This document shows positions 62,362 through 64,000 of a stretch of DNA of 64,000 bases, in pieces; position 1 is the first letter of the stretch; every line of letters begins with the position of its first letter. Location of the stretch: the NCBI GenBank assembly GCA_004431415.1, contig QPMI01000602.1, positions 124,001-188,000 on the forward strand, written 5' to 3'. Source of the stretch: Cyanophora paradoxa CCMP329. Its lineage: Eukaryota; Plantae; Glaucophyta. The notes beneath the pieces were generated by a model. That model was given only the letters and a program-made list of their open reading frames with translations, made no database searches and had not been told where the DNA came from. A program made the position numbers and the translations under genes.

Positions 62362-63489
62362 TCCTGTACACAGCGATTACAGTGCACATCCTATGCATAG
62401 AAACAAGGGGGAATTTGGGAGGATAGCATTTGGACACGAAGATCGCAACGTCCGGGCCGCCGGGCTACATGTACAAGTGCTAATGTGGAATGTGCACTGC
62501 TGCAGCTGCAGGCCAGCCCGGGCTGAGCCCAACGTTAACAAGCTTAAGCTCGCACCCTCGCCGGGGGAGCCCAGCTAGGCCTCGCGATCAGAGTACGTAT
62601 AGGAGGTTGTTGATTTCCGTAGTTCATTTATATTAATATTATATATAGCTAGGAGAGAGAGAGAAATGCAGTAGACACATCCACGCCAGCAAGACTGGGT
62701 ATGACAAAGCCGCAGAGGCCCCGAATGGGACGTGCAAGGCCCGTCAGGGACCCACTAGCGTGGGGAGTGAGTGGAAGCCACGTACAGGACCCTGGGCCAC
62801 CACCCCCAGGGCTATAGCTAGGCCTATAGCTATAGCTAGGCCTTTAAATTTGGCGGTCATCGGATGCCGTCACGATCATTGATCTTGCCAAGTTGAATTG
62901 ATGCCGTGATGCTGTCGGATGCCATTGGAGGCTTGACTCAGTGAGCTGTTAAGACGATCGAGCAGGTATACGTACCGGTACCGGTGCATGTGGAGACTAT
63001 ATAATATATATATATCTTAGTATCACTGTACATGTCTCATGGCATCAAAAGTCATGTGGCAATCACTGAATTGTGCATGCCATGCATATGATGCATTGCT
63101 CTGAGCTCGAGGCTCCGGGCCTCGCTGCTGCCAGGGCCCCGGCTGCCGCAGTGCGCCTGGTCCTTACTCTTACCTCCCGTACTCCCATTCCCGGTTCCTG
63201 GAACAGTTTGGGCTCAGAGACCTATGACTTTCTTCGAACTCTCCGATCATTTAATTCATCATATGAAGATGATTTGGGTTGGACGGGAGGTTGCCCAGAT
63301 TTGGACTCTCCATAGAGGCCCGCGGGAATGGCAGCCGTAGTGTACATCCCACACTTGTCACTTGCGATTGAAGTACGTGTCCAAATGCTTTAAAGAAAGG
63401 CCTACGAATACATGCGACGCGGCCACAGTGTACATCCCACACTTGTAGCCCGGACTTGCGTAACCAAATAATGGAAAAGTTGGAAAAGG

Positions 63490-64000
63490 TCAGCCAGTGT
63501 TACGGAGGCCAAGCGAGACAGCATTGATGGTCCTGAGGAGCATATCAACCGAATAACAGGCAAGCAAAGAACACAAACTGCCCCACCTGAGAAGGGGGTC
63601 CATCCACACCTTCCGCTCCTCTGGAGGAAGATCACGGCACCGCCGGAGAAGAACAAGTTGAATATAATTGAGAGGGTCGAGGTACATGTTGCGTCTCGCA
63701 AGTGAAAGAGCCCCAGCGGGGTCCTCCTCCATTAGACTAACAAGGTGCCCAGTCATGGTGATCTGCGTCATTAGTTCAGTGAGGATTGTAAAGCGGCACA
63801 AGCGGAAAGCATACCTGTGTGGAAGTACGTTCATACTCTGCACGGATGAGGGAGTAGATGCTGTCCTGCACGATGGGATCCTTGCAAAGTTTAGCATATT
63901 CACGAGCAATGTTCATTTCAGTCTTGAACATGGCCATCTGACTGTTGGAGAGCAGCGCAGAGAGGAATGGGAAGTTCTTGTACATTTCCCTGCAAAGAAC
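63490..64000 (-). CDS. ppc: Phosphoenolpyruvate carboxylase, 3' end (bacterial-type RNTG terminus)
   Basis: MYKNFPFLSALLSNSQMAMFK, RRNMYLDPLNYIQLVLL, TINAVSLGLRNTG*. Confidence 0.92.

Noticed and set aside
1-64000. Most long ORFs in the six-frame track (e.g. 33581-35407 -, 36744-37958 -, 23443-24363 -, 58598-59248 -)
   Set aside because: Antisense or off-frame shadows of real GC-rich genes; Arg/Pro/Gly-rich with no motifs
22358-64000. Metabolic gene cluster (GS, carA, ppc; CTH, APIP)
   Set aside because: Interspersed with unrelated genes over 40 kb; consistent with chance in a gene-dense genome

Overview
Gene-dense, GC-rich eukaryotic nuclear DNA with very many short (~50-70 nt) GT-AG and GC-AG introns. 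The ORF track therefore shows only exon fragments, and all gene models below were spliced by eye. Flagellar genes (TEX9, CCDC39, SPAG16/PF20) occur together with six plastid-targeted proteins whose transit peptides carry an early Phe (GS, Tic22, UROD, EF-Ts, CarA, HLIP). This points to a flagellated primary alga, most likely a glaucophyte such as Cyanophora (inference). About 22 genes are present, mostly as tight head-to-head pairs, plus a ~2.9-kb tandem triplication. Highlights: (1) Intergenic DNA is built up from stereotyped micro-insertions XYZ-rc(XYZ)-XYZ (+6 bp) and XYZ-C-rc(XYZ)-G-XYZ (+8 bp). Comparison of paralogous copies shows these are insertions, some nested, and they fit hairpin-type excision footprints of a transposon with a 3-bp TSD and C...G ends. 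(2) Two divergent aerolysin/ETX-MTX2-like pore-former genes both start MGGGRS plus poly-Pro, each head-to-head with a WSC-domain gene or its 5' duplicate. (3) A 200-bp AT-rich rps17-rpl14 operon fragment of archaeal type. (4) A recurrent GGGGTAC promoter motif, a tRNA-derived SINE candidate and a recent retro-like insertion.
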